Part shown: one piece after another, positions 1-7,832 of the stretch
Layout of the letters: each line of letters opens with the position of its first letter
How positions within the stretch are numbered: the stretch's first letter is position 1
NCBI GenBank assembly: GCA_040007635.1
Contig: JBDTUR010000002.1
Span: forward strand, 1 to 59,193
Length of the DNA stretch: 59,193 nt
From: Chloroflexota bacterium
GTDB lineage: Bacteria; Chloroflexota; Limnocylindria; Limnocylindrales; CSP1-4
Direction of reading: 5' to 3'
Made by a program: the position numbers and the translations under genes
The notes under the pieces: model-generated
Seen by the model: only the letters and a program-made list of their open reading frames with translations
Database searches by the model: none
Told to the model about the DNA's origin: nothing

Positions 1-2
1 GC

Positions 3-2261
3 CGCTGGAAGCAGTACCCGGAGATGCACATCTACCACTACGCGCCGTACGAGCCCACGCACCTCAAGATGCTGGCCGGGCGACACGCGACGCGCGAGGA
101 GGAGTTGGACCAGCTGCTGCGCGGCAGGGTGTTCGTGGACCTGTACCGGGTTGTGCGCCAGGGCGTGCGCGTGGGCGCTGAGAGCTACTCGATCAAGAAG
201 CTCGAGCCGCTGTACGGGTACGCGCGAGAGATCGCGCTGCGCGACGCGAACTCATCGATCGTGGAGTTCGAGAGCGTGCTGGAGGAGGGCGACCCGAGTG
301 GCGAGGTGCGCGCGCAGATCCAGCTCTACAACCGCGACGACTGCATCTCGACGGAGCGCCTGCGCGACTGGCTGGAGGAACGTCGGGTCGACGCCGCGCT
401 GGAATTCGGGGTGGAGTTGCCGCGCCTCCCGCTGGGCCCAGAAGCCAAACCTGTGCAGCTGCTTTCCGAACAAGCGCAACGGACGGCCGACCTGATCGCC
501 CGACTCACCGCCGACGAACCGACCAAGCTGCTGGCCAACCTGCTCGACTGGCACAGGCGGGAAGACAAGTCCACCTGGTGGCACTACTACGACCTGATCG
601 AGAAGAGCGACGACGAGTTGCTCGACGAGAAGGCGGCCATTGCGCATCTGGAACTGATCGACCACTACGAGCCCGGCGGAAAGTCGCGCTCCTACGTATG
701 GCGTTACCGGTTCCCGGCGCAGGAGCTCGGCATCGATCTGGGCTATGCCGATGATCCGCAACTGGGTCCGCACAAGTCGACTGGCGAGATCGTGTCGCTC
801 GACGAGAAGGCCGGGATCGTCGAGATACGACGCGTCAAGGAATGGGCCGGACCCCATCCGCGATCAGTCGTCCAGGTCAACGTGATCGACGCAAAGGAGC
901 AGAAGAAGGCCTTGCTGCGGCTTGGCGAGTGGGTCGCGGACAAGGGGATCGAGGCGGAAGGGACTGAGTGGCAGGCCGCGCGCGATCTGCTGATGTGCCA
1001 GCCGCCCAAGGTGGCCGGACAGGTCCGCGGGGAGACGCTGTCGCGCGAGGGAGAGTCGGGGTCCGTGGCAGCGCTGCGGATAGTCGGCCAGCTGGACGGG
1101 ACGACCTTGGCCATCCAGGGGCCGCCCGGGTCGGGCAAGACGTACACGGGCGCGAGGATGATCCTGGGGTTGGTACGCGCCGGCAAGAAGGTCGGGATCA
1201 CGTCAAATAGCCACAAGGTCATCGGCAACCTCATCGAGGCTGTCGTGGAAGCGGCGCGCGACGAAAACGTCGCGGTGCGGATAGTTCAGAAGGCCAAGGA
1301 ACACGAGGCTGTCCGTCATGGCGCGGTACGCCGCGTCGATGACAACAGCGAGGTTGCCGACGCTCTGCGTGAGGACACCGCCGACATTGCCGCGGGCACG
1401 CCCTGGCTGTGGGCGCGCGAAGAGATGGCGGGATCGGTCGAGACGCTTTTCGTCGACGAGGCCGGCCAGGTGTCGCTGGCCAACGTCATTGCGCTGAGCG
1501 GCGCAGCGCGCAACGTCGTCCTGCTGGGCGACCCACAACAGCTCGACCAGCCGACGCAGGGCGTCCACCCGGACGGAGCGGGCGTGTCTGCGTTGACGCA
1601 CCTTCTCGATGGCGCGAAGACGGTGTCGACCGACAAAGGGCTGTTCCTCGAGCGGACGTACCGCATGCATCCGCGGATCACCGAGTTCACGTCTGAGCTG
1701 TTCTACGAAGCCAAACTCAGGGCCGTCGACGGCTTGGACCGGCAAGCGGTGCTGGGTTCGGACTGGCTGGCCGGCTCCGGCCTGCGCTGGGTGCCGGTCG
1801 AGCATGAGGGCAACACGAACGCGTCCGAGGAAGAGGCGCGCAAAGTCGTTGAGATCGTGGCCACGCTCGCCGGCAGGGGCTGGATCAACGCCAAGGGCGA
1901 GCAACACCCCGTCACGCAAGGAGACCTGCGGGTCGTGTCACCTTTCAACGCCCACCGGCTGCTGATCGACGATCTGCTGCGGCGCGCCGGGATGCCTGAC
2001 GTTCAGGTCGGAACGGTCGACAAGTTCCAGGGCCAGCAGGCACCGGTCTCGATCTACTCGATGGCCACGTCGCGGCCGGAGGACGCACCGCGCGGCCTTG
2101 ACTTCCTCTACTCGCCTAACCGGTTGAACGTCGCCACGTCGCGCGCCAAGGCGCTCGCCATCGTGATCGCTTCCCCGCGCCTGCTCGAGGCACTCGCTCA
2201 CTCGCCCGACCAGCTGCGCATGGTCAACGGGCTGTGCGCCTTTGTGGAGGAGGCGGGATAG
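3..2261 (+). CDS. SF1 helicase (Upf1/DNA2-like). It is the 3' part of a TM0106-type RecB-like nuclease-helicase, and the 5' end lies outside the window.
   Basis: The frame is open from base 3 (RWKQYPEMHIYHYAPYE), so the ATG at 24 is internal. Motifs read in the translation: GPPGSGKTYTG (Walker A), LFVDEAGQ (Walker B), LLGDPQQL, VDKFQGQQAPV, LNVATSRAK. Confidence 0.85.
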   Translation, partial: RWKQYPEMHIYHYAPYEPTHLKMLAGRHATREEELDQLLRGRVFVDLYRVVRQGVRVGAESYSIKKLEPLYGYAREIALRDANSSIVEFESVLEEGDPSGEVRAQIQLYNRDDCISTERLRDWLEERRVDAALEFGVELPRLPLGPEAKPVQLLSEQAQRTADLIARLTADEPTKLLANLLDWHRREDKSTWWHYYDLIEKSDDELLDEKAAIAHLELIDHYEPGGKSRSYVWRYRFPAQELGIDLGYADDPQLGPHKSTGEIVSLDEKAGIVEIRRVKEWAGPHPRSVVQVNVIDAKEQKKALLRLGEWVADKGIEAEGTEWQAARDLLMCQPPKVAGQVRGETLSREGESGSVAALRIVGQLDGTTLAIQGPPGSGKTYTGARMILGLVRAGKKVGITSNSHKVIGNLIEAVVEAARDENVAVRIVQKAKEHEAVRHGAVRRVDDNSEVADALREDTADIAAGTPWLWAREEMAGSVETLFVDEAGQVSLANVIALSGAARNVVLLGDPQQLDQPTQGVHPDGAGVSALTHLLDGAKTVSTDKGLFLERTYRMHPRITEFTSELFYEAKLRAVDGLDRQAVLGSDWLAGSGLRWVPVEHEGNTNASEEEARKVVEIVATLAGRGWINAKGEQHPVTQGDLRVVSPFNAHRLLIDDLLRRAGMPDVQVGTVDKFQGQQAPVSIYSMATSRPEDAPRGLDFLYSPNRLNVATSRAKALAIVIASPRLLEALAHSPDQLRMVNGLCAFVEEAG

Positions 2262-2266
2262 GCCGG

Positions 2267-2662
2267 CTACGCCGGCTCCTCGCGACGGATGGTGCCGACA
2301 CGGTCGATCTGCCTGTCAAACGATGCGACAACGCCCACGCCGCTGCGTTCCGCGCTGGCGATCAAGTAGGCCTCGGCGAAGTCGAGGCCGTTGACGTCAT
2401 AGATCTCGACGGTGCGTTGGAGCAGCTCGGGGTCCGTGACTCGCATGGCCGGAAAACCCAGGATCGCGCGCAGGCAGAGAGCGACGTCGGTCCTCGCCGC
2501 CTTGTACACCGATTCGAGGACGTAGGCGACCTCGGCAACGATCAGGTCTTCGAGCAGCAACTCGTTTGCCGCCGCCAGGTAGCGCGTCGCCGCGGCGGCC
2601 TGCCCTGGCGGATCGCCCGTCAGATGACGGACGAAGACGTTCGTGTCGACGTAGGCGGTCAA
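2267..2662 (-). CDS. vapC: PIN-domain toxin (VapC family)
   Basis: A TTG at 2662 overlaps the antitoxin stop (TTGA). The translation is (M)TAYVDTNVFVRHL...IVAEVAYVL...FAEAYLIA...SFD, with the conserved acidic PIN positions. I trimmed the longer 152-aa ORF because its extension overlaps the antitoxin. Confidence 0.8.
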   Translation of the reverse strand: MTAYVDTNVFVRHLTGDPPGQAAAATRYLAAANELLLEDLIVAEVAYVLESVYKAARTDVALCLRAILGFPAMRVTDPELLQRTVEIYDVNGLDFAEAYLIASAERSGVGVVASFDRQIDRVGTIRREEPA

Positions 2663-2919
2663 CGACCCTGACCAAAGCGCTTGCCGAAATAGCGACGGTG
2701 AGCCTCGCTCCTGACTTCGGCCCATGGTTTGCCGCGCACTGAGGCAGGGACGGACAGCGTTCCGGCAAGTGCCAACAGGTCAGGCGTCCGCGCCAGCACG
2801 GCTCGGTCGCCCTCGACCCGAAAGACAAGGGCGTCCCCGTCTTCGAGCGATAGGGCATCCCGCACTGATTTCGGAATTGTGACCTGGCCCTTCGACGTCA
2901 TACGCGCTGACACTTCCAC
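2659..2919 (-). CDS. vapB: AbrB/SpoVT/MazE-fold antitoxin (VapB)
   Basis: MTSKGQVTIPKSVRDAL is the typical SpoVT/AbrB N-terminus. AAGGAG sits 6 nt before the GTG at 2919, and an alternative ATG lies at 2901. The gene is coupled to the PIN gene. Confidence 0.8.
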   Translation of the reverse strand: MEVSARMTSKGQVTIPKSVRDALSLEDGDALVFRVEGDRAVLARTPDLLALAGTLSVPASVRGKPWAEVRSEAHRRYFGKRFGQGR

Positions 2920-2929
2920 GCGCGGGTCT

Positions 2930-2952
2930 CCTTACTAATGCGGACGTGTAAG
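2930..2952. promoter_or_regulatory. Inverted repeat CCTTAC-N11-GTAAGG upstream of vapB; possible autoregulatory operator
   Basis: The repeat was read directly in the sequence and lies 10-30 nt upstream of the vapB start. There is no other support. Confidence 0.25.
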
Positions 2953-2998
2953 GATACCGCGCCAAGCCCGATTGTCGCGACCTCCACTTATCGCGGCC

Positions 2999-4945
2999 TT
3001 ATCCCTTTTTGCTGGAGTTGCGGGCGATGATGGCGAGGATCTGGGCGCCGTATTGGTCGAGCTTGACCAGGCCCATGCCCTTGATGCGGCGGAGGGCGGC
3101 GATCGTGTCCGGCTTGCCGTCGGCGATGGCCGCGAGGGTCGCGTCGTGGGCGACGACGTAGGCCGGCACGGCGTCCTGCCTGGCGCGCTCGCGGCGCCAG
3201 AGCTGGAGCGCTTCGAGGAGCGCGCCATTCGATGACGTGGCTCGCGGGGTGCCGCCGACTGACGGGATGATGCGCACGGTCCGCGCCGAGGGCGGGCGGA
3301 TCTCCGCCAGGAAGCGCGACGGCTTGCGCGACCAAGACAGCGCGAGGTGGGTCCGAGCGCGGGTGATGCCCACGTAGAGCAGCCGTCGCTCTTCGGCCAC
3401 CTGCTCATCCGACTTGGCCTGGCGGATGGGCAGCACCCCCTCCTCTACCGCCGGCAGGAACACGGCGTCCCACTCGAGCCCCTTCGCCCGGTGGTAGGTC
3501 AGCAGGTTGACGCCAACGCCCTGGGCGGCCGCCTCCGCCGCGTCCCGCCGATCCAGCTCTGCCGTCAGGTCAGCCACGCCGGCGTCCGCGTTGGCCTCGG
3601 CCAGGTCCGCGGCAATCGCGAGCAGCAGTTCGAGCGAAGCCGCACGTTCGCGCGCCTCGTCGCCGACCGTCTCCGCACCGGGTTCGTAGCCGAGCCGCTC
3701 CACGAACAGGTCGCGCACGACGTCCACGAGCACCGCGCTCGTCTGCGGCGGTTGGGCCGCGCGGAGAAGCACCCGGGCCTCACGTACCTCCGACCGCTGG
3801 TAGAAGCGCTGCCCGCGCACGGTGTACTCGATCCCACTCCGAGTCAGCGCGTCCTCGATCGGCGGCAGCTGGGCGTTGATCCGCACGAGGACCGCGATCT
3901 CCGACTTGGACACGCCGCTGCCGATCAACCGGCGGATGCCCGCGACCAGGGCGTTGACCTCGACTTCGGGGCCTGCGTATTGGTCGATCATCGGCTGTGG
4001 GCCGGTTGGCTGGGATGTCGTCAGCGCGCCGCGTGGGCCGCCAGCGGTGAGTCGGTTGGCCAGGTGGAGGACCTGGGGGGTGGATCGGTAGTTCTGGGTC
4101 AGCGCGATGGTCTTGGCTGTGGGGTGTTTGTCGGCAAAGCGGAGCAGGTAGCTTGGCGTGGCGCCGGTGAAGGTGTAGATCGTCTGGTCGGGATCGCCCA
4201 CGACCGCGAGGTGTGGCGATTCGCCCCGCCACAGCTCGAGCAGGCGCTCCTGCAGCGGGTTCGTGTCCTGGTACTCGTCGACGCTGATCCAGGTCTTCTG
4301 CGTTTGCACGATCCGGGCGGCGTCGGCGTCCGACTCGAGCAGCTCGACCGTCAGCGCGAGCATGTCCTCGAAGTCGACCCGGTGGGCGCGCTCCTTGGCG
4401 CGCTCGTAGCCGGCGTAGATGCGCGCGAAGAGGTCGGCCGGGATGGGCGTCCGATCAGGGGCTTCCTGCTCCCAACGCTGGGGCGGGATGCGGCGCACCT
4501 TGGCCCACTCGATCGCGTCGGCAATGTCCCTGGATGGCGTGAAGCGGTAGTGGCCGGGCAATCGCTGGACGAGGGGGCGGACCAGGGGCAGCTTCGAGTC
4601 GAGGATCGCTGGTGGGTCAGCGCCGCCGTGGCGGCTGGGCCAGAAGTGCCGGAGTTGCCGGACGGCATGCGAATGGAACGTGCGCGCCATCACCCCCGCG
4701 TGGCCCAGGGCGGCCATCCGCTCGACCATCTCGTGGGCGGCCTTGTCGGTGAACGTCACGAGCAGGATCTGGCCGGCGCTGATCACGCCTGTCTCGATCG
4801 CATACGCGGCGCGGCGGCTGATGACCCGCGTCTTGCCCGTGCCCGCACCAGCGAGGATCACCAGCGGCCCGCTGGTCGCCTGAACGGCCTCGCGTTGGGC
4901 AGAGTTCAGGTCGGCGAGGAGGCGCTCAGGTGGCTCTCGGCTCAC
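2999..4945 (-). CDS. UvrD/PcrA-family SF1 DNA helicase with a C-terminal HRDC domain
   Basis: Motifs: ILAGAGTGKT, SVDEYQDTN, VVGDPDQTIYTFTGA, QNYRS, TYHRAKGLEWDAVFL, LLYVGITRAR. The C-terminal HRDC-like segment reads PAYVVAHDATLAAIADGKP...IKGMGLVKLDQYGAQIL. The GTG start overlaps the stop of the upstream PIN gene (GTGA). Confidence 0.88.
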   Translation of the reverse strand: MSREPPERLLADLNSAQREAVQATSGPLVILAGAGTGKTRVISRRAAYAIETGVISAGQILLVTFTDKAAHEMVERMAALGHAGVMARTFHSHAVRQLRHFWPSRHGGADPPAILDSKLPLVRPLVQRLPGHYRFTPSRDIADAIEWAKVRRIPPQRWEQEAPDRTPIPADLFARIYAGYERAKERAHRVDFEDMLALTVELLESDADAARIVQTQKTWISVDEYQDTNPLQERLLELWRGESPHLAVVGDPDQTIYTFTGATPSYLLRFADKHPTAKTIALTQNYRSTPQVLHLANRLTAGGPRGALTTSQPTGPQPMIDQYAGPEVEVNALVAGIRRLIGSGVSKSEIAVLVRINAQLPPIEDALTRSGIEYTVRGQRFYQRSEVREARVLLRAAQPPQTSAVLVDVVRDLFVERLGYEPGAETVGDEARERAASLELLLAIAADLAEANADAGVADLTAELDRRDAAEAAAQGVGVNLLTYHRAKGLEWDAVFLPAVEEGVLPIRQAKSDEQVAEERRLLYVGITRARTHLALSWSRKPSRFLAEIRPPSARTVRIIPSVGGTPRATSSNGALLEALQLWRRERARQDAVPAYVVAHDATLAAIADGKPDTIAALRRIKGMGLVKLDQYGAQILAIIARNSSKKG

Positions 4946-5430
4946 TCCCCTGCTGCCTCCAATGCCCAGGCGCGGAGCTCATCAGTGGTGCGGAAGCCGA
5001 TCGACTCCAGTTGGGCGAGAGTCTCCGCCAGACTCCCGATCGTGCCGAGCTGCCTGAGCCTGACCAGGATGGCAACGGTGCCGGTGAGCGGCAACCCGCG
5101 CTGGTGAGCGACGCGTCTGGCATCCCGATCATCGAGTACCGCCACGCCGCCCACGGAGGCGGCGAGCTCGATCGTCGCAAGTTCGCCGGCGCCCAGGGCC
5201 AGGCTGCCCGGCTGAGCAGCCTGCTCACCCGGCGGGTCGACGACCTGGATGGTGTTCTCGTCGGCGCCCACCCGGATGGCGTCCGCCGCCGGACGCGACT
5301 CCCCCGTCGCCTCATCGAAAACCGCCCGCGGGACCAGAAGCCGCCCGAAATGCTCGCCCGCGGCCACCAGGAGGTCAAGCCGGGCGAGCGCGATCAACCC
5401 GGCCGTGTCGATCACCAGCGGGCGGCTCAC
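4942..5430 (-). CDS. PIN-like nucleic-acid-binding protein (DUF3368/COG2405 type), putative toxin
   Basis: MSRPLVIDTAGLIALARLDLL...LGAGELATIELA...VLDDRDARRVA...LTGTVAILV matches my memory of the DUF3368 pattern. The gene has 4-nt overlaps with both neighbours. Confidence 0.72.
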   Translation of the reverse strand: MSRPLVIDTAGLIALARLDLLVAAGEHFGRLLVPRAVFDEATGESRPAADAIRVGADENTIQVVDPPGEQAAQPGSLALGAGELATIELAASVGGVAVLDDRDARRVAHQRGLPLTGTVAILVRLRQLGTIGSLAETLAQLESIGFRTTDELRAWALEAAGE

Positions 5431-5753
5431 TCGTCGAGTGCGCGCAGATCCCCTGCCAGCTCCTCCCGGCCCTGCCGGAAGATGGCGATGCCGCGGCTCC
5501 CCAGATGCATGATGAATGCCTCGACAGATATGCCGGCCAAACGGGCGGCGCGACCAAGCGACATTCCGGCCTGGTCGAACAGGATCGTGGCCAGGGTGAG
5601 GCGGACGTCGGGCTCGTGCTCGGCCAATCCGCGCAGCGACAGGAGCAACGCCTCCGGATCGTCACGATTGGTGATCAGCACGGGCTGCTCGCGCGCTGCT
5701 CGCAGGGCACGGGTGGGGTTGTCCTTGAGGTCCCGAATTCCGACTGAACGCAT
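5427..5753 (-). CDS. Antitoxin-like protein: a Phd/YefM-like N-terminus fused to a UPF0175 (COG2886) module
   Basis: The N-terminus MRSVGIRDLKDNPTRALRAAREQPVLITNRDDP is Phd-like. The C-terminal half LFDQAGMSLGRAARLAGISVEAFIMHLGSRGI is UPF0175-like. A 7-bp inverted repeat ATGTTCC/GGAACAT (5752-5776) abuts the start codon. Confidence 0.7.
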   Translation of the reverse strand: MRSVGIRDLKDNPTRALRAAREQPVLITNRDDPEALLLSLRGLAEHEPDVRLTLATILFDQAGMSLGRAARLAGISVEAFIMHLGSRGIAIFRQGREELAGDLRALDE

Positions 5754-5837
5754 GTTCCTACATTAAGTGGGAACATCTCCACGGTCAACCAGCGCCGAAA
5801 CACGAGCGGAGACTATGGACGCGCGCTTACTCCGGGC

Positions 5838-6743
5838 TTATCGAGGAACGCTGACAGGCGCGACGAGGCCGGCGGCGTTAAGGCCATAGGCGCGGTCGTG
5901 GTCCTGGCGCGTGCCGTAGCGGCGGAGCTCGATGACAGGGACGCCGATTGACAGCAGCCGGACCGGCCGGTCGACCAGGGCAGCCGTCACCGCGGCGGCG
6001 GAGGTGCCTTCGAGGTACGGCTCGGCGAGCACGACGTCCGTCCCGGTGACAAACTCGCGCAACCGTCCCGCGTCGAGCGGCCGGGGAGTGGCCGTGTACA
6101 AGATCGTGGCATCCAGCTTGTCCGTGGCAGAAAGCACCGGCTGGAGCATCGGGCCCACGGCCAGAATGGTCGGTGCCCCGGAGCCGCCCTGGCGAACGAC
6201 AGCCAGCCCGGCGCAGCCGTCCAACACCGGCGCCTCGTTGTGGGCGTCGGACAGCCGGATGTAGACCTGTCCGTCGTCGGCAACCGCCGCCCGCAATAGG
6301 GTCTCGAGCTCGTCGGCGTGGCCGGGCACGCGGATCGTCCATTCGGGCAGAGTGCTGATAAGGGCCACGTCGCCCGGTGAATGGTGCGTTCGGCCGCCCT
6401 CGGCCCAGTCGTAGCTGGCACCGACGCTGACGAGGATGCCGCCCACGCCCTGGTGGCCGAAGTCGAGCTTGACCTGCTCGAAGCTGCGCTCAACGAGGAA
6501 CGGCGCGTAGGAGTGGGCGATGGGCCGCAGGCCCTCGAGCGCCATACCCGCGGCGGTGCTGACCATGAGCGCCTCGCGGATGCCCACATTGATCGCCCGC
6601 CGCGGGTGGCGCTCGAACACCCCGAAACCCTCCAGGTAGCCCACGCCGATGTCTGCCAGCACGATCGCCACGCGCGCGTCCGTGTCGAGCAGCTCGGCGC
6701 TCACGCGGTAGAAGCGCTCGCGCATGGTCTCGGCGCTGGTCAC
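5838..6743 (-). CDS. Transketolase, C-terminal (pyrimidine-binding) subunit of a split enzyme
   Basis: The 301-aa protein is typical of the short tkt subunit (VGIREALMVSTAAGMALEG...PFLVERSFEQVKLD). Its GTG start overlaps the stop of the N-terminal subunit gene. Confidence 0.85.
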   Translation of the reverse strand: MTSAETMRERFYRVSAELLDTDARVAIVLADIGVGYLEGFGVFERHPRRAINVGIREALMVSTAAGMALEGLRPIAHSYAPFLVERSFEQVKLDFGHQGVGGILVSVGASYDWAEGGRTHHSPGDVALISTLPEWTIRVPGHADELETLLRAAVADDGQVYIRLSDAHNEAPVLDGCAGLAVVRQGGSGAPTILAVGPMLQPVLSATDKLDATILYTATPRPLDAGRLREFVTGTDVVLAEPYLEGTSAAAVTAALVDRPVRLLSIGVPVIELRRYGTRQDHDRAYGLNAAGLVAPVSVPR

Positions 6744-7414
6744 GAACCCTCCTCCACCCTCGCCACCACGACGTGCGGCCGGCCGGGGTGCGGCTGGGTC
6801 AGCGCCCGCTCAATGGCGTCATGGTCGCGCCCGTCGCACACACAGGTGCTCCAACCCTCGACCGCGAAGCGCGCCTCGATGCCGCCCGGCCAGCCGTGTG
6901 AGGCCGACTGGTTGTCGATGGCGACGACCGTCAGCCGTTCCAATCCGGCGCGGCCGGCGTACGCAATCGCCTCGTGGTTGCTGCCCTCGTCCAGCTCCGC
7001 GTCACCCACGAGCACGAAAACTCGGGCGCCCGCCTGCCCGCGGTAGTCGAGCGCGAGCACCCTGCCGACTGCCAACGGCAGGCCGTGACCAAGCGAGCCA
7101 GCGGCGATCTCGACACCACGGATGTGGTTGCGATCGGGGTGATGGCCCAGGTCCGAATCGAAACTTCCGAAGCCGGGCAGGGCAGCCTCGGGGATGAAGC
7201 CCTTCACCGCCAGCACGGCATAGAAGGCCATCGGCCCGTGGCCCTTGGACAGCAGGAACCGATCGCGCGCCGGATCGTCCGCGGTGGCCGGCGAAACAGC
7301 CAGGACGCGGTCGTAGAGCACCCACAGCACGTCCAGCGTGGACGCCGCCGCGCCCGAATGCTTCTCGTCGCCGGTCAGCAGCCCGAGCAGTCGGGGCAGA
7401 TCGTCAAAACCCAT
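6740..7414 (-). CDS. Transketolase, N-terminal (TPP-binding) subunit
   Basis: Motifs LSKGHGPMAFYAVLA, GSLGHGLPLAVG and VLVGDAELDEGSNHEA form a thiamine-diphosphate binding signature. Confidence 0.85.
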   Translation of the reverse strand: MGFDDLPRLLGLLTGDEKHSGAAASTLDVLWVLYDRVLAVSPATADDPARDRFLLSKGHGPMAFYAVLAVKGFIPEAALPGFGSFDSDLGHHPDRNHIRGVEIAAGSLGHGLPLAVGRVLALDYRGQAGARVFVLVGDAELDEGSNHEAIAYAGRAGLERLTVVAIDNQSASHGWPGGIEARFAVEGWSTCVCDGRDHDAIERALTQPHPGRPHVVVARVEEGS

Positions 7415-7441
7415 TCCGCCGAGCGTACAGCCTCGCTATTG

Positions 7442-7523
7442 GCTGCTGGACTCCGTCGCCCACTCGCCCGCCCAGTTGCGCATGGTCAGCGCTCTGTGCG
7501 CGTTCGAAGAGACTGCCCACTGA
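7442..7523 (+). pseudogene. About 80-nt fossil of the 3' end of a paralogue of the helicase gene that ends at 2261
   Basis: The translation ...LLDSVAHSPAQLRMVSALCAFEETAH* parallels ...LLEALAHSPDQLRMVNGLCAFVEEAG* at 2180-2261. The 44-nt core 7461-7504 matches 2199-2242 at 38 of 44 positions by hand alignment. No upstream helicase sequence remains. Confidence 0.7.
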
Positions 7524-7832
7524 TTGGCATGAGCGTCGACTGCGAACGGCGCGCCAGCCCCCCGCCGTTACTGGAGCTTACCGTTGGCTCCGGATGCGCA
7601 GGCTAGCAGCCGCGTCGAGAGCCAACGCGGTTGCCGCTTTGTTGTTCTTGCGACCGCAGCGCGTGAGCCAGATACGAAGTGCCGGCGAGTCGCATTCCGC
7701 AAGACCTGCCGATAGCCTCGGCTCGCCCGTTGGCGAGACGGGTATCCGCCGTAATAGGGCTTCGCCCACTAGGGTGGCATCTTGAACAGTTCAGGCGGCG
7801 TTAACGCGATAGGCTCATCGACGAGGAGGGCG

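Noticed and set aside
3347-5107. Long antisense or alternative-frame ORFs throughout the window. Examples are 3347-5107 (+), 11691-12755 (-), 13017-14003 (-), 45755-46975 (-), 51129-52217 (-) and 55229-56329 (-).
   Set aside because: They lie opposite or out of frame to ORFs with clear family motifs. They have Arg/Ala/Pro/Gly-rich, motif-free translations. Such shadow ORFs are expected in high-GC DNA.
7524-7832. A 309-nt gene-free stretch upstream of the DUF2075 operon as a possible ncRNA or riboswitch
   Set aside because: I could not recognise any known riboswitch, tRNA or structured-RNA signature. Only a small hairpin (CTCGCC-CGTT-GGCGAG, around 7710-7728) is present. It is most simply promoter or junction DNA.
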